64,000 bases of DNA from Mantamonas sphyraenae STR306 (taxonomy: Eukaryota > Protista > CRuMs): the NCBI GenBank assembly GCA_026936335.1, contig JAPMXV010000012.1, positions 62,001-126,000 of the forward strand. Reading direction: 5' to 3'. Below are positions 9,151 to 20,193 of this stretch, piece after piece. How positions within the stretch are numbered: the stretch's first letter is position 1; the number at the start of each line of letters is the position of its first letter. The position numbers and the translations under genes were made by a program. Under the pieces are notes generated by a model. That model was not told the origin of the DNA and did no database searches. It saw only the letters and a program-made list of their open reading frames with translations.

Positions 9151-11247
9151 TCACATCAGCTTCTGGTTGCGCTCGCGGTAGTACTTGATGTATGCCCAGA
9201 CCGCTGCAATGAGAGCGAGCTGAAAGAGGACAAACCAGAACCAGAAGGAGTTTGAGCTCTGCTGCACGGTGTCGTTGAGACCACCCATGTTTGTGTCGAG
9301 GGTGCGCACAATCTCCTGCTGGCCGTGGTGAGCTGCCTCGATGGCCTTTTTGATGTTGTTGACCTCTGTGCCCAGCTGATTGACCCTGTATGCCATGTCC
9401 TGGTTGCCGCGCTTGATCTGGTTGCTCATGATTTTCTTGAGGCCAATCAGCTCGGTGCGCAGGAGGCGCATCTCACCCACGAGCTCCTTAAAGTCGCCCA
9501 GCGACTTTGTGTTTTCAAACAGGTGGCCCTTGATGCTCTCCTGCTGCTTGAGCACCTCTGTGGTCTGCGAGAGCACGCTGTTGCGTTCGATTGCCTCGTG
9601 GATGTGTTCCAGCTCGCCGGCAAAGTTCTCCTGCAGCTTGTGGAGGGAGCTCAACGCACGCAGCAGATTGGGAAGCACCCCCGAGGGTGCATGTGTGGCG
9701 CTCTTTGCCATCGACAACGACTCTTCGTCTTCGTTGTCTTCATCGTTGCCACTCTCGCCGCCGGCTGCTGCATCTGCTTCTGCGCCGTCCTTCACGTCCT
9801 GGAAGCGCCTCTTGGCCGCCTCCAGCTCCTCCTCATGCTTCTGCTTCAACTCTTCGTTGTTGCTGTAGCCACGCTCGCGCTGGTGCTTGTGCTTCAGCCT
9901 CTTCATCTGCTTGGCTGTGCGGATGTTGTGCAGCGCATCGTCGTGGTTGGTTTCCGTCTTCTCCTCCCCCTGATCCTGTTGCTGTTGCAGTTCTTCCACC
10001 TGCTGTGTCACCTCTTCCACTTGTTGCTGCTGCTCCTGCTTCTGCTCCTGCTTCTGCTCCTGCTGCTGTGTGCGTGTCTTGCGCCACGGGTTCAGATCAC
10101 GTGTGATCAGGCTGATGGCGTCGTGGTTGTCTGCCAGGCCACCCGTGGCTGCTGTCAGACCAAAGTGGTATCCTGTGGGCAGGTGGATGTCGTTGACGTG
10201 GATGCACTGCTTGTACTCGCCCGTGCCTGCAATGTCCGTGAGCACGTCCAGCACCCCCTGCTGGTACGTGATGCGCACCTTGGAGGGCTTTTCCAGGTTG
10301 CGGAAGTATGCCTGTGTCAAGTGGGTGAGCGTATGTGGCCCAAAGTGTGCAAGTGTACGTGGTGGAGGAGGTGTCAGCGGCGTGTGTAAACGCAACCGGG
10401 GTCATTCGCCACGCCAGTCCCAGCAGTCGGCAAAAACCCACCACACAACCGCCCAGTTCGTGAGCCTTGCCGTCGCCCGCCGTGTCATACTTGGTACCTG
10501 GGGTGAGGGTGGTGGCTGCCAGGATGCGAGGGTTGTTGCCCTGTGCATGCGGTGGAAATGGGCCGGTGTGAGTGCGTGTACGTGGATGGGGGTGTGGACG
10601 TCGACAAGGGCAACAAGACCAAGACGCCGTAACCCACCAGGTTGTCGTTGTCAAACGTGTCAAACGCAATCATGAGGCCCTGAAACTCGTGGGTCATCCC
10701 TGGTGGACGTTGGAAGAGAGGTGAGCCACGCAGTGCCGGCGTGTGGGGACGAGTAGGGTGTGAGCTGCGGACACGCATTCACGCAGGGGACGGCCCAAAG
10801 GCGACACGGGACAGGGATACGCGCGACACACATGCAACACGTACCATAGACCTCTCCCTCCTGGCGGATGTCCTTTGTGTACCAAAAGGCAAAGCCATCG
10901 GCGCCGTAGGAGCGTCCGCCGCCGCCGACCTGGAAGGTGAGAGAGACCTCCCAGGCGTCGGACTCCATGGGCACCTTGTTCCACATGTAGCCCGTCTGGG
11001 ACTGCTCGGTGCTGGTCAGACGCACGTAGTCCTGCGTGGCAATGGCGTGGCCGCCAAAGTCCCAGAACGGGATGGAGGACGAGCGAGAAAAGTAGAAGGG
11101 CGGCTTGAAGGTGTGCTGGAAGAGCACTCGATTGCGCCCGTCCGGCTGCACCTCACGCTCACCGTCCACAGCCATCACGCATGTGCACATGCTCACAGCC
11201 ATTGCCAACACCAGCATGACTGCGACGCTGGATCTCGACCCTGTCAT
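9151..11247 (-). CDS. L-type lectin cargo receptor (ERGIC-53/LMAN1/VIP36 family); exons 11247-10845, 10699-10638, 10540-10442, 10311-9151
   Basis: Signal peptide; HTFKPPF, GADGFAFWY, FDTFDND, FGLTAATGGLADNHD; coiled-coil stalk, C-terminal TM, short tail ending KLM. Confidence 0.9.
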
Positions 11248-11438
11248 TGTGTGTGGTGGAATTTTTGGTTGGCAGCGACTGGCCATCACAACACACGCAA
11301 GGACACACACACACACACAATAGCCCATGCACATCCTTGAGATGGGATCACACAACCACACTCCTGTGGCATCACAGGATGGCGCAGGCAAGCGAACGCC
11401 GCCCCAAGCCAAAGCCTCCGCACACACCAAGCACTCGC

Positions 11439-12632
11439 ATGAAATACCTGGAGGTGCCCGATTTTGGCAAGATCTCGTCGCTTATTGGCGAGGTGCAAAC
11501 GGGCGACAGCGCACTCAACGCCGTGTTGGAGGCGTTTTCGTGTATGTGAAGAGCCACGGGAGCGGAATCGTGCAAAGTTCGTTGACACCCGATGCGCGAT
11601 GTGTCTGTGTGGACGGGACACACACGCACGCAAACACACACACACACACACGCATGTACGCACACACTGCACAACAGGCAAGAAAACGGGGGCAGACAAA
11701 CAGTACTCGAAGAGCTTGGACGACGCGGTTCGCGAGTCAGGAAGCCCCCGTTTCGGGGACTTGGACGCCAGCACAAGTCGAAAGACATTCATCAACCTGA
11801 TCATGACGCTCAATCTGGCGTTTCCCGACTGGAACTTTGAGTAGGTGGCGCTGTGGAGCTACGGATGGCCAGATGACAGGCCGATGCGTGGCGTGGCTGG
11901 AGAATGGCGCGAAATTGGTTTCTGCTTGCCGCCATTTTTTTCTCTTTCAAACCGAGCGAGTCTGACACGTTTGGACGGCGCACACAGCTCTGTACCAGCA
12001 TCGTGCTTTGTGAAGGAGGAAGAATTCTCCACGGTGCGCAACGAAGTAGACCAGGCACTGCAAGAAGTGCTGGCGAGGCAAGAGGAAGTGGAGGTGGACT
12101 TGGCCGAGGTGAGCGATTAGGCGAGGAAACGTGCGAATAGTGTGCATGGAAGGTTTCAGGCGCCAGAGAGGCAACACGGGCACCAACCGTGCATGGAGCA
12201 GGCGTGTGTCTGGTGTGGAGAGCAGTGCCGACGCTGTGTATGCAAGAGGAGGTCGTTTGGTTGCAGTGCAAAAGGCACAGCCGCTGACGTGCGCTCACAC
12301 ACGGCTCACAGATGTGGAAGTGCATCGACGAAAACATCGATATTGATGATTGTGACATCTACCAGTTCTATCCGGAGGAGGAGGACAACCCATTCGAGCA
12401 GGACGAGGGTCTGTTCTGGGCGATTTGCGTGTTTTTCTACAACCGCAAGCTGAAGCGTATTGTGATGCTTTCTGTACAGTGTGTGGGCCTGACGCTGAGC
12501 CCTGAAAACGATTTCGAGGATGAGGAGGAACTATTTCCGCTGCAGGATGACTTTGTGATCGAGGAGCGCGGCTCTTCCAATCGCAGTGTCGACTCGCTGG
12601 ATGAGAACGACGTCATCCATGTCGACAGATGA
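11439..12632 (+). CDS. MAF1: Repressor of RNA polymerase III transcription Maf1; exons 11439-11541, 11678-11840, 11988-12108, 12312-12632
   Basis: MKYLE, LEAFSCK, SRKTFINLIMTLNLAFPDWNF, DCDIY, FFYNRKLKRIV, acidic tail. Splice phases are consistent. Confidence 0.92.
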
Positions 12633-12769
12633 TTGTGTAGTGTGTCGTGTGTCACACAAACAATGGTTCATTTTGGGAGAATCGAGTGCCAGTGGGGTGT
12701 CGTGGTGCGCTTCCCAACCCAAACAATTCAACACACCCACACACATCCACACATAGACAGCCATCCAGC

Positions 12770-13660
12770 ATGTCAGAGAAGAAGGGTGGCCGCCGCAAGA
12801 TTGAAATTGCCTACATTCAGGAAAAGACAAAGCGGCAAATCACGTTCTCAAAGCGGAAACACGGTAGGTGGGAAGTAGAGCATGGGGTCCAGGCAGCCGT
12901 GTGTGTGGGAGTGAGCGTGTATGTGTTGATTGCTGACACGGGTGAGCTTGTGGCACGCATGGCGAACGCAGGAATCATGAAGAAGTGAGTTTGAGAGCCA
13001 ACTTTTCTGGGCGGACCTGCCAATTTTGGAAGGGGCACACACCGCGTGGGGTGAGCCTGTGGGCATGTGTGGGCCTTGCAGGGCCCAGTGCATCCCAGAT
13101 GGCCCAACGCATGTGCATGAGGCGATGTGTGTCCGCGGTGATTCACTATGACATGGTTGCACGGAAAAGAGGTCACTGCCGCACGCCTGCCAAAACGGGC
13201 AAGTGCCGCCCAGTTTGGCAAGTGCTCGTCAGCCGGCAACGCTTGGCCTGGCCATTGTGAGCCGGAATAGCATGACATTTCACAGGTTCCCCAACACCAC
13301 TGGGCCATCCACGCCTGCGATTTGTGTCTGTGGCCGCATGCACGAGCTGACACGGGACCTCCCGCCTCGCAGGGCCTACGAGCTCTCCACGCTCACGGGC
13401 ACACAGGTGCTCCTCCTCATTGCCAGCGAAACCTCCCATGTGTATTCATTTGCCACGCCCAAGCTGAGGCCCATTGTGGAGCAGGTGTGTTGCCTTGTGT
13501 GTGTGTGTGAGGCCACCGTGTAATTGTCTCCGTCCAGCTGACACCTCGCCGCCGACGTTTCTCTCCTGCGGCCCCTGTTGCACAGAAAGAAGGCCGAGAC
13601 CTCATCCAGGCATGTCTCAATGCGCCTGATGAGGATGTCGACGACGTGGAGGATCAATGA
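12770..13660 (+). CDS. SRF/MCM1-type (type I) MADS-box transcription factor, 97 aa; exons 12770-12863, 12972-12984, 13373-13484, 13586-13660
   Basis: Spliced product contains GRRKIEIAYIQEKTKRQITFSKRKHGIMKKAYELSTLTGTQVLLLIASET...FATPKL...EGRDLIQACLN, the SRF core plus SAM-like segment. Confidence 0.92.
13020..13029. promoter_or_regulatory. Perfect CArG box CC(A/T)6GG in intron 2 of the MADS gene
   Basis: Sequence CCAATTTTGG matches the SRF-binding consensus. Function is inferred only. Confidence 0.45.
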
Positions 13661-13689
13661 GAGTGCACAGGAACACAATCACAGTTCAT

Positions 13690-15468
13690 TCAGAATCGTT
13701 TTGCTGCCCATCGTTTCTGCTTCCGCACAGGCGAGTGCTCGGCTACCCAGTCCTCGTCGTAGTCCTCATCTTGTTCGCCATCGTCATCCTCATCGTCATC
13801 CTCATCGTCGTCCGGTTCTGTGTCCTGTTGCCTTTGCAAGGCGCCGAAATCTCGGCTGAACAGGAGGTGCCTGTGTTGCGGCAACACGTGCACACGGTCG
13901 TTGCGACGTGCAATCTCCGGTTCGATGGAAACGTTGGGTGCGGTGGTGAATGTGCGAAGGTTGGACCCTTGCAGCTCCTGCTCATCTACAAAGTCATCGG
14001 CGTACTCGTCGTCGTGATCAGCATCATCCTCGCCTTGCACCTCCTCTTCCTGTCCAAACGCCACACGTACGCCATTCCAACGTTGTGGTGTGGTGGTTGA
14101 AGGATAGCCGCCTCGTTGTGGTTGCTGTTGCCGCGCTGGACTCTTTGGCGAGGATGCCACAGTCAGTTCCTCCTGCGAAGCGCGCAACTTGCGCACCTTG
14201 TTGAGACGCACCTCGAGCTTTGCAAGCGAGGCTATCAACTGTTGTTCCTCCAGCGAGTAATTGGTGCCTGCGTGCACCACCTCCCCGTACTGTTGCAATG
14301 CCTGCTTCGCCTCCTTGTCCAACGCCTCCACCACTGCCTGTGCCGCACGCTCTCTGCTCACGGGTTTACGTACACGTGTACGACGCCCATGAAAGTCGTA
14401 TTCCCACACCCATTCATACTGCACTGCCTCCTCCTCCCCCTCCTCGCCCCCACCTTCCCGCGGATGTTGCTCCGGCTCTCCCAAGGACGGCACCGGTGTT
14501 TCAATGTCCTCCCTGTCCCCTGTGTGTGTGCGTTGTTTGCCTCCTCCTGCTTCTCCTTTCTTCTTCCGCGTGCCTTTTCCCCCGCTTCGTGTGGGCCCTC
14601 GTGGGCTTGTGGAACTCTGTGCAGGCACCTCAAACCAGGCTGGCGTTTTCCTGTTGTTGGACGACCTGCTGCTGCTGCGTGCGCTGGCAGGCGTCTGTTG
14701 CTGCTCTTTGTCGTTGTGGCTGCGCTTGCCCCTGCCTGGGGTGTCACTGGTGCTGGTGGTGCTGGTGCTGGCGGAACCAAAGTCGCCCTGTGCCGTGTGG
14801 AACGTACGCACGCTCTCGGGCGAATCCGCCTCCTCAAAGGCCGTATCTTGCAGGTAGCGTGACACGCGTGCGTGTGCGCTGTCCTCCGACCACAGACTGG
14901 CTACGTCGTCCTGTCCATAGTCGTACTTTTGGTACGATGGCCGCTGCGGCTGCTCTCGCTTGCTGTAGTCCACGTCCAGCCACGACTGGTTCTTTCGCAG
15001 CCTCCGCTCGTCCACACGGCCCCATTTCTCCCACTCCAGATCCATGCTCACGCCCACTTCGGCCTCAGCCTCCTTTTGCATCCGTTTCTGAGCGGGTAAA
15101 GTCCCGCGTCCGGCCCCATTCTTGGCCGCCGTCCTCGTAGTTGTGCCGCTCCCGCGCGAACGCTCCGAGTACCCGTCTGTGGAGTGTGAACCTGTGTCAC
15201 CATGGCTGGCCCTACTCCTTGTCTCGTCACCTGTCGACGATGTGCTCGCTGCCCTTGCTGCGTGCGTCTCCTGTCTGCTGCCAGCCCGTGTGCGCGACAA
15301 GTTGGCCGCCTGCGCACGTTGTTTGCGTCGCCGCTTCTCCAACGCCTCCTCAATCCGCCGTTGCTCCTCCTCCTCCAACTTCTTCGCCTTCAACTTGGCC
15401 GCCTTTCTCCTCCGCGCCGTCTCCCGTCGCAATTGCCTCTCCCGCTCCGCCTGTTCGGGTGAGAACAT
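13690..15468 (-). CDS. Hypothetical low-complexity/coiled-coil protein (~590 aa)
   Basis: Long ORF from MFSPEQAERER, charged composition, fills the space between neighbours. No family recognised. Confidence 0.7.
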   Translation of the reverse strand: MFSPEQAERERQLRRETARRRKAAKLKAKKLEEEEQRRIEEALEKRRRKQRAQAANLSRTRAGSRQETHAARAASTSSTGDETRSRASHGDTGSHSTDGYSERSRGSGTTTRTAAKNGAGRGTLPAQKRMQKEAEAEVGVSMDLEWEKWGRVDERRLRKNQSWLDVDYSKREQPQRPSYQKYDYGQDDVASLWSEDSAHARVSRYLQDTAFEEADSPESVRTFHTAQGDFGSASTSTTSTSDTPGRGKRSHNDKEQQQTPASARSSSRSSNNRKTPAWFEVPAQSSTSPRGPTRSGGKGTRKKKGEAGGGKQRTHTGDREDIETPVPSLGEPEQHPREGGGEEGEEEAVQYEWVWEYDFHGRRTRVRKPVSRERAAQAVVEALDKEAKQALQQYGEVVHAGTNYSLEEQQLIASLAKLEVRLNKVRKLRASQEELTVASSPKSPARQQQPQRGGYPSTTTPQRWNGVRVAFGQEEEVQGEDDADHDDEYADDFVDEQELQGSNLRTFTTAPNVSIEPEIARRNDRVHVLPQHRHLLFSRDFGALQRQQDTEPDDDEDDDEDDDGEQDEDYDEDWVAEHSPVRKQKRWAAKRF

Positions 15469-15547
15469 GTCCAGCAGGTGGGAGGGGGGGGTGTTTGGCT
15501 GCCACTGCGCTGGCACCCACACGCATCGAAAACAAAAGCGGGAAACC

Positions 15548-17719
15548 ATGCGCAGTCCCAGACCCAAACGCACGCGAAGGGCGCCACAGGTGACACCGGG
15601 TGTGTTGACGTCGTACAAAGCGGACGATTTGGTGTCGGAGGACGAGGAAGACGGGGACAGGGCAGGGGACGAGGAAGACGACGATGCCAGCAGCAGCGCA
15701 AGCAGCAGGGAACCATTCACAGACAGTGACGAGGGTGAAGACGACCACGATGGATCCGACTACGAATTGTCACAGCCCAGTGTGCTGAGTCAGAGCCACG
15801 GGACGCCGCGGAAGCAGGGTCACACGCCGGTGATCCGGTTGCGTGGCCTTTCGCCAAAGACACGAGCCACACCGCTGCCACGTCGCTCAACATCCATCAA
15901 GGCCGTGCAGGTGGTGCCAGAAACGCCCTTGACACCCGTGGCCGTGACCACTACACCCACCCCGCTGCGGGGGCTGAGCAGCAGGCGCCGGAAGCGGCGT
16001 CGGGAAAGTGATCAGGAACAGGGCGACGACGACGACGACGACGACGACGCCCAGCAGGAACGGGTGCGTTCCACGCGCAAACGACAACGTGTGGAACCTG
16101 AACAGCAAGAGTTGTCGTCTCCTGTGGCCGAAATTGTGCGTGTGGGCAAGCCAGCGTCGCATGGCCTGATGGTGGAGGTGCCGAGCCTGGAGCAGCTCGT
16201 CGAAGCGGATCTGCAGCTGCGCGTACCTCGCCGAACCACACTGGACATGGGCAGTGCTCGAGCACAGATGAGCAGCTCGCGTCTGGCAGGCCGCATGCAC
16301 ACACATAGAAGCACAGACAAGGAGGAGGAGGAGGAGGGAGCACGGTGGGTGGAGTGTGGTTGCAAACAAGGGCGACACAAGGGCAGCGTGGCCGAGGTGG
16401 CCCATGAACAGGACATGGCATACGACTGCGCAGTGATTCTGGAGTTTCCCGAGGCGGACGAGGTGAATGCAATGGTGGACAAACACAATGAGGAGGAGCA
16501 CGGGTGCCTGTGGAATGATGACGCAGGGGACGATGAGCCCAAGCACTATCTGGAAGACATGGTGAGTGAGCAGACACAGGGAAACCTGTTCAACGTGTAC
16601 GATCTCAAGTATCACCTGGGACGCATCGACACCACGCGGTGCCTGGTGCAGGAGGAGGTGCGTGCCGTCTGCGACCTCCTCAAAGCCAAGCTCTCCCTCC
16701 ACGACGTCACAGGCGCAGCTCAAGAGTGTCTGCTGGCCCTGCGCTTGCTTGAAGCCCACTTGGAGGCCCATCCAAAGCTTGTTTGTTTCGATGAGATGTG
16801 CGGCGACGTGCCATGGACGGCCATGCTGGACACCACCAACGAGTCTAGCAGCAGCTCGGGTTTGGGTCGCACAGAAGCACCGCAGCTAGTGGCTGTGCTG
16901 CAAGGAGCGTATGAAAACATGCACCGGACGGGAGGGAGCGCATGGTCGTCTGTGGCACGGCTGTACTTGCGGTATGTGCGTGGGGAGTTTGTCGTGGCGT
17001 ACGTGCGTGAGGATGATCGATCGACACAGGTGGGCCAGTTTCTGGAATTGCCATGCGAGGAGCGTGTACAGGTGTGGCGTGACACGTGGGACGTGGCAGC
17101 CATGTTGATTGCAGGGGAACAGCGACGCAAGTACGGCGTTGTGGATGGCATCGCAACTCAAGCTTGCCTGCCAAGCGACTTTCAAGCCTTTTTGCACGAG
17201 ATCAGCTGGCTGTTTGACCTGATGTACATAGAAAGCAGCGGTGATGAGCGCAGGGAGTTCTTGCAGGCCATGGCATACGAGGGTGTGGAATGGGCACAAC
17301 GGTTCGACGTGGCGCCCACCCTGATGGACGAACACAGACGGTACCTTATCCAATGCGAGTTACGCGGACAAACAGAGGTCTCCTTTGAGGTGATGCCACC
17401 TGCGGTGCACACATACCCCGTGTGGCAAGCATTGCGTGAATTGCAAGCAAAGCGAGACACGTACACCGAGTCACAGACGCGCATCCTCTTGCTGTCCATC
17501 ATGAACGAACTCGAGGCACAACGCGACGCATTGGCGACGAGTGGCGAGGAGCAGGAGCAGGAGCAGCTGCGTGCTGTTGTGCATCGTGTGTGTGCCCTGT
17601 TTGCAGACGATGTCGCACGGCTCAGTCTCGCAGGCGAACAGGTGCTGGTGCACGAGATCCAAATGTTGCATTGGTCGTTGATGCACGGAGGCAGGGTGGC
17701 CAGCGAGGAGGAAGAATGA
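15548..17719 (+). CDS. Hypothetical protein with disordered NLS-rich N-terminus and helical C-terminal domain
   Basis: ORF from MRSPRPKR with typical codon usage and SRRRKRRRE/TRKRQR basic clusters. Confidence 0.75.
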   Translation: MRSPRPKRTRRAPQVTPGVLTSYKADDLVSEDEEDGDRAGDEEDDDASSSASSREPFTDSDEGEDDHDGSDYELSQPSVLSQSHGTPRKQGHTPVIRLRGLSPKTRATPLPRRSTSIKAVQVVPETPLTPVAVTTTPTPLRGLSSRRRKRRRESDQEQGDDDDDDDDAQQERVRSTRKRQRVEPEQQELSSPVAEIVRVGKPASHGLMVEVPSLEQLVEADLQLRVPRRTTLDMGSARAQMSSSRLAGRMHTHRSTDKEEEEEGARWVECGCKQGRHKGSVAEVAHEQDMAYDCAVILEFPEADEVNAMVDKHNEEEHGCLWNDDAGDDEPKHYLEDMVSEQTQGNLFNVYDLKYHLGRIDTTRCLVQEEVRAVCDLLKAKLSLHDVTGAAQECLLALRLLEAHLEAHPKLVCFDEMCGDVPWTAMLDTTNESSSSSGLGRTEAPQLVAVLQGAYENMHRTGGSAWSSVARLYLRYVRGEFVVAYVREDDRSTQVGQFLELPCEERVQVWRDTWDVAAMLIAGEQRRKYGVVDGIATQACLPSDFQAFLHEISWLFDLMYIESSGDERREFLQAMAYEGVEWAQRFDVAPTLMDEHRRYLIQCELRGQTEVSFEVMPPAVHTYPVWQALRELQAKRDTYTESQTRILLLSIMNELEAQRDALATSGEEQEQEQLRAVVHRVCALFADDVARLSLAGEQVLVHEIQMLHWSLMHGGRVASEEEE

Positions 17720-17811
17720 CGACAGGTGAACGAAGCACAGCAAATGAACAGGCTGTGGGGGGGCCCCCCCAAGCGGCGCACGCACAACCATCTCATCCAC
17801 GCACGGCAACC

Positions 17812-20069
17812 ATGGGCAAGCAGAAGAACAACAAGAAGCAGAAGCTGCAGTATAGCCGCAAGGGGATGAGCGGCAAGTACATGACGCGCAGCAAGGCTGT
17901 GCGCAAACTGCACATCACGCTGAAGGATTTCCGGCGTCTGTGCATTCTCAAGGGCATCTACCCTCGGGAGCCCAGCAAGAAGTTTGCTGGAGCCGACAAG
18001 ACATACTACTACACCAAAGACATCCAGTACCTGTCGCGCGAACCCGTGCTGGACAAGTTCCGTGAGCAAAAGGCCTTTCTGAAGAAGGTGAAGCGGGCGT
18101 CGGGCAAGGACCAGTACGACCGCCTCAAGCGCCTCGAAGCCAAGCGTCCTCGGTACACGCTGGACCACCTGGTGCGCGAACGGTACGTTTGGGAGCATCC
18201 CTGGGGCGAGAGTGTGTGTCGTGGCCACCCACACGGTGTGCCACGTGGGGCCGGGCGGATTTTCAGGGTGCTTGCATGTGTTTCGCGGACAAACTGACAC
18301 GGACGGGAACGCTGCGCTTGCGGGATGGACACACACGCGGTCACAGCTACCCGTCGTTTCCGGATGCACTGGGCGACCTGGACGACTGTCTTTGTCTTGT
18401 GCATCTGTTTGCATCGATGCCACAGACGAAGCGCATTCCGGGCGAACGGATTCGCAAGTGCCGTCGCCTGGCCGATGAGTTCCAACGCTACGTGATGCAC
18501 ACGCGTGCGTTGCGCAAGGCCTTCCTTTCCATCAAGGGCGTCTACTTCCAGGCGGAAATCCGAGGTGTGACGATCACGTGGCTGGTGCCGTACAACTTTG
18601 CCCAGGATGTGCCGGACGACGTCGACTTTCGCGTCATGCTCACCTTTCTCGAGTTTTACGAGGTTCTTCTGCGTTCGGTCAACCACCAGCTGTACCATGG
18701 CGAGAACCTGACCTACCCGCCCAAGGTGGATGAGGAGGCCTTTGAGAAGGGCCAGACTCTCACCGCCATCCAACTCGAGCCGCGTGAGGAGAGTGTCAAG
18801 GATGATGAGCAGGATGAGGATGAGGATGAGGATGAGGATGAGGATGAGGATGAGCAGGATGAGGAAGGTGCCGACGGTATGGAGGAGGAGAAGGATGACT
18901 TTTCGCATGTGGTGGAGGAGCGCGAGGGCAAGGAGCACGAGTATGCACCCTTGCAGGATGAGGAGGCACAGGCTTTGGAAAAGGTATGTGTGGAGGAAGA
19001 GGGGGGGGGGGAAGGGAGGGGAGTGAATGTGTGTGTGTGTGTGTGTGTGCGCTGACTGACAACCCATCCACAACCACGCCGCGTGCAGAAGAAGAATCTG
19101 TTCAAGGGTCTCAAGTTTTACATCTCGCGAGAGGTGCCGCGTGACTTTTTGGTGTTTGCCATCCGATCGATGGGTGGTGAGGCGTCGTGGGACTCGCTTG
19201 ATGGCGAATCGTCGTCGTCGTCGTCGTCGTCGTCGTCAACTGTGCCGTATGCAGAGTGGGACGAGACGATCACTCACCAGGTGAGCGACCGTCCTACGAT
19301 CAGGGACCAGCATGCAAAGCGGGATTACGTGCAGCCGCAGTGGGTGTTTGACTGCATCAACGAGGGTTTCCTGATCCCCACGCAGGAGTACCTGCCGGGC
19401 AAGAAGCTGCCTGCACACCTGTCACCATTTGTGGACAACGAGGCGGAGGGATATGTGCCGCCGCGCCAGAAGCAGCTTCGACGCATGAAGAAGCAGTTGG
19501 AGGGCGAGGAGTTGGACGAGGAGGACGAGGACAGCGAGGCGGAGGAAGACGAGACTGTTGGGGCTGGCGTGCTTGCTCGCGCCGCAGACAGCGACGAGGA
19601 GGAAGACAGCGATGAGGACGAGGATGACGACGACAGCGATGAGGATGAGGACGATGAGGACGATGATGAGGATGAGGATGATGATGGTGAGGACGATGAT
19701 GAGGAACAGAAGAAGCTGGCAGAGATCATGATGTCCAGGAAGAACAGGCGGTTGTACCAGCGCATCCAGTACACAGAGAACAAGAAGAAGAAGCGTGCAG
19801 AGGAGCTGCGCAACAAGCGCAAACTGGCAGCCGTGCGGGCAGAGGAAGATGTAGCTGAGGAGAGCGACGATGACGGGGACCTGGAAACGGATGAACAGCA
19901 GGAAGAGGCAGCACAGGAGCAGACACGTACCAGGCGCACACGTGCACGCAGCAGTGGCAGCAGCAGCAGTGGCAGCAGCAGCAGTGGCAGCAGCAGCAGC
20001 AGCAACAGCAAAGAGTCGGCCAAGAAGTCGAGCGGCAAGAAGGACAAGAAGAGGAGGCGTCGGGGTTGA
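17812..20069 (+). CDS. PES1: Pescadillo/Nop7 ribosome biogenesis protein; exons 17812-18182, 18347-18983, 19089-20069
   Basis: [52 protein letters not shown] ([14 protein letters not shown]...[12 protein letters not shown]), LPAHLSPFV. Confidence 0.95.
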
Positions 20070-20193
20070 TGAGTGGTTGTGGTTCTGGGCTTGCTTGAGA
20101 AGGAATGAATGATGCCGTGGTCGTGCACATGCAGAACGGTGGACTTCAAAACCGGTGGAGGCGCGTTTGCGACAACCTCCCCAACAAATCGAA

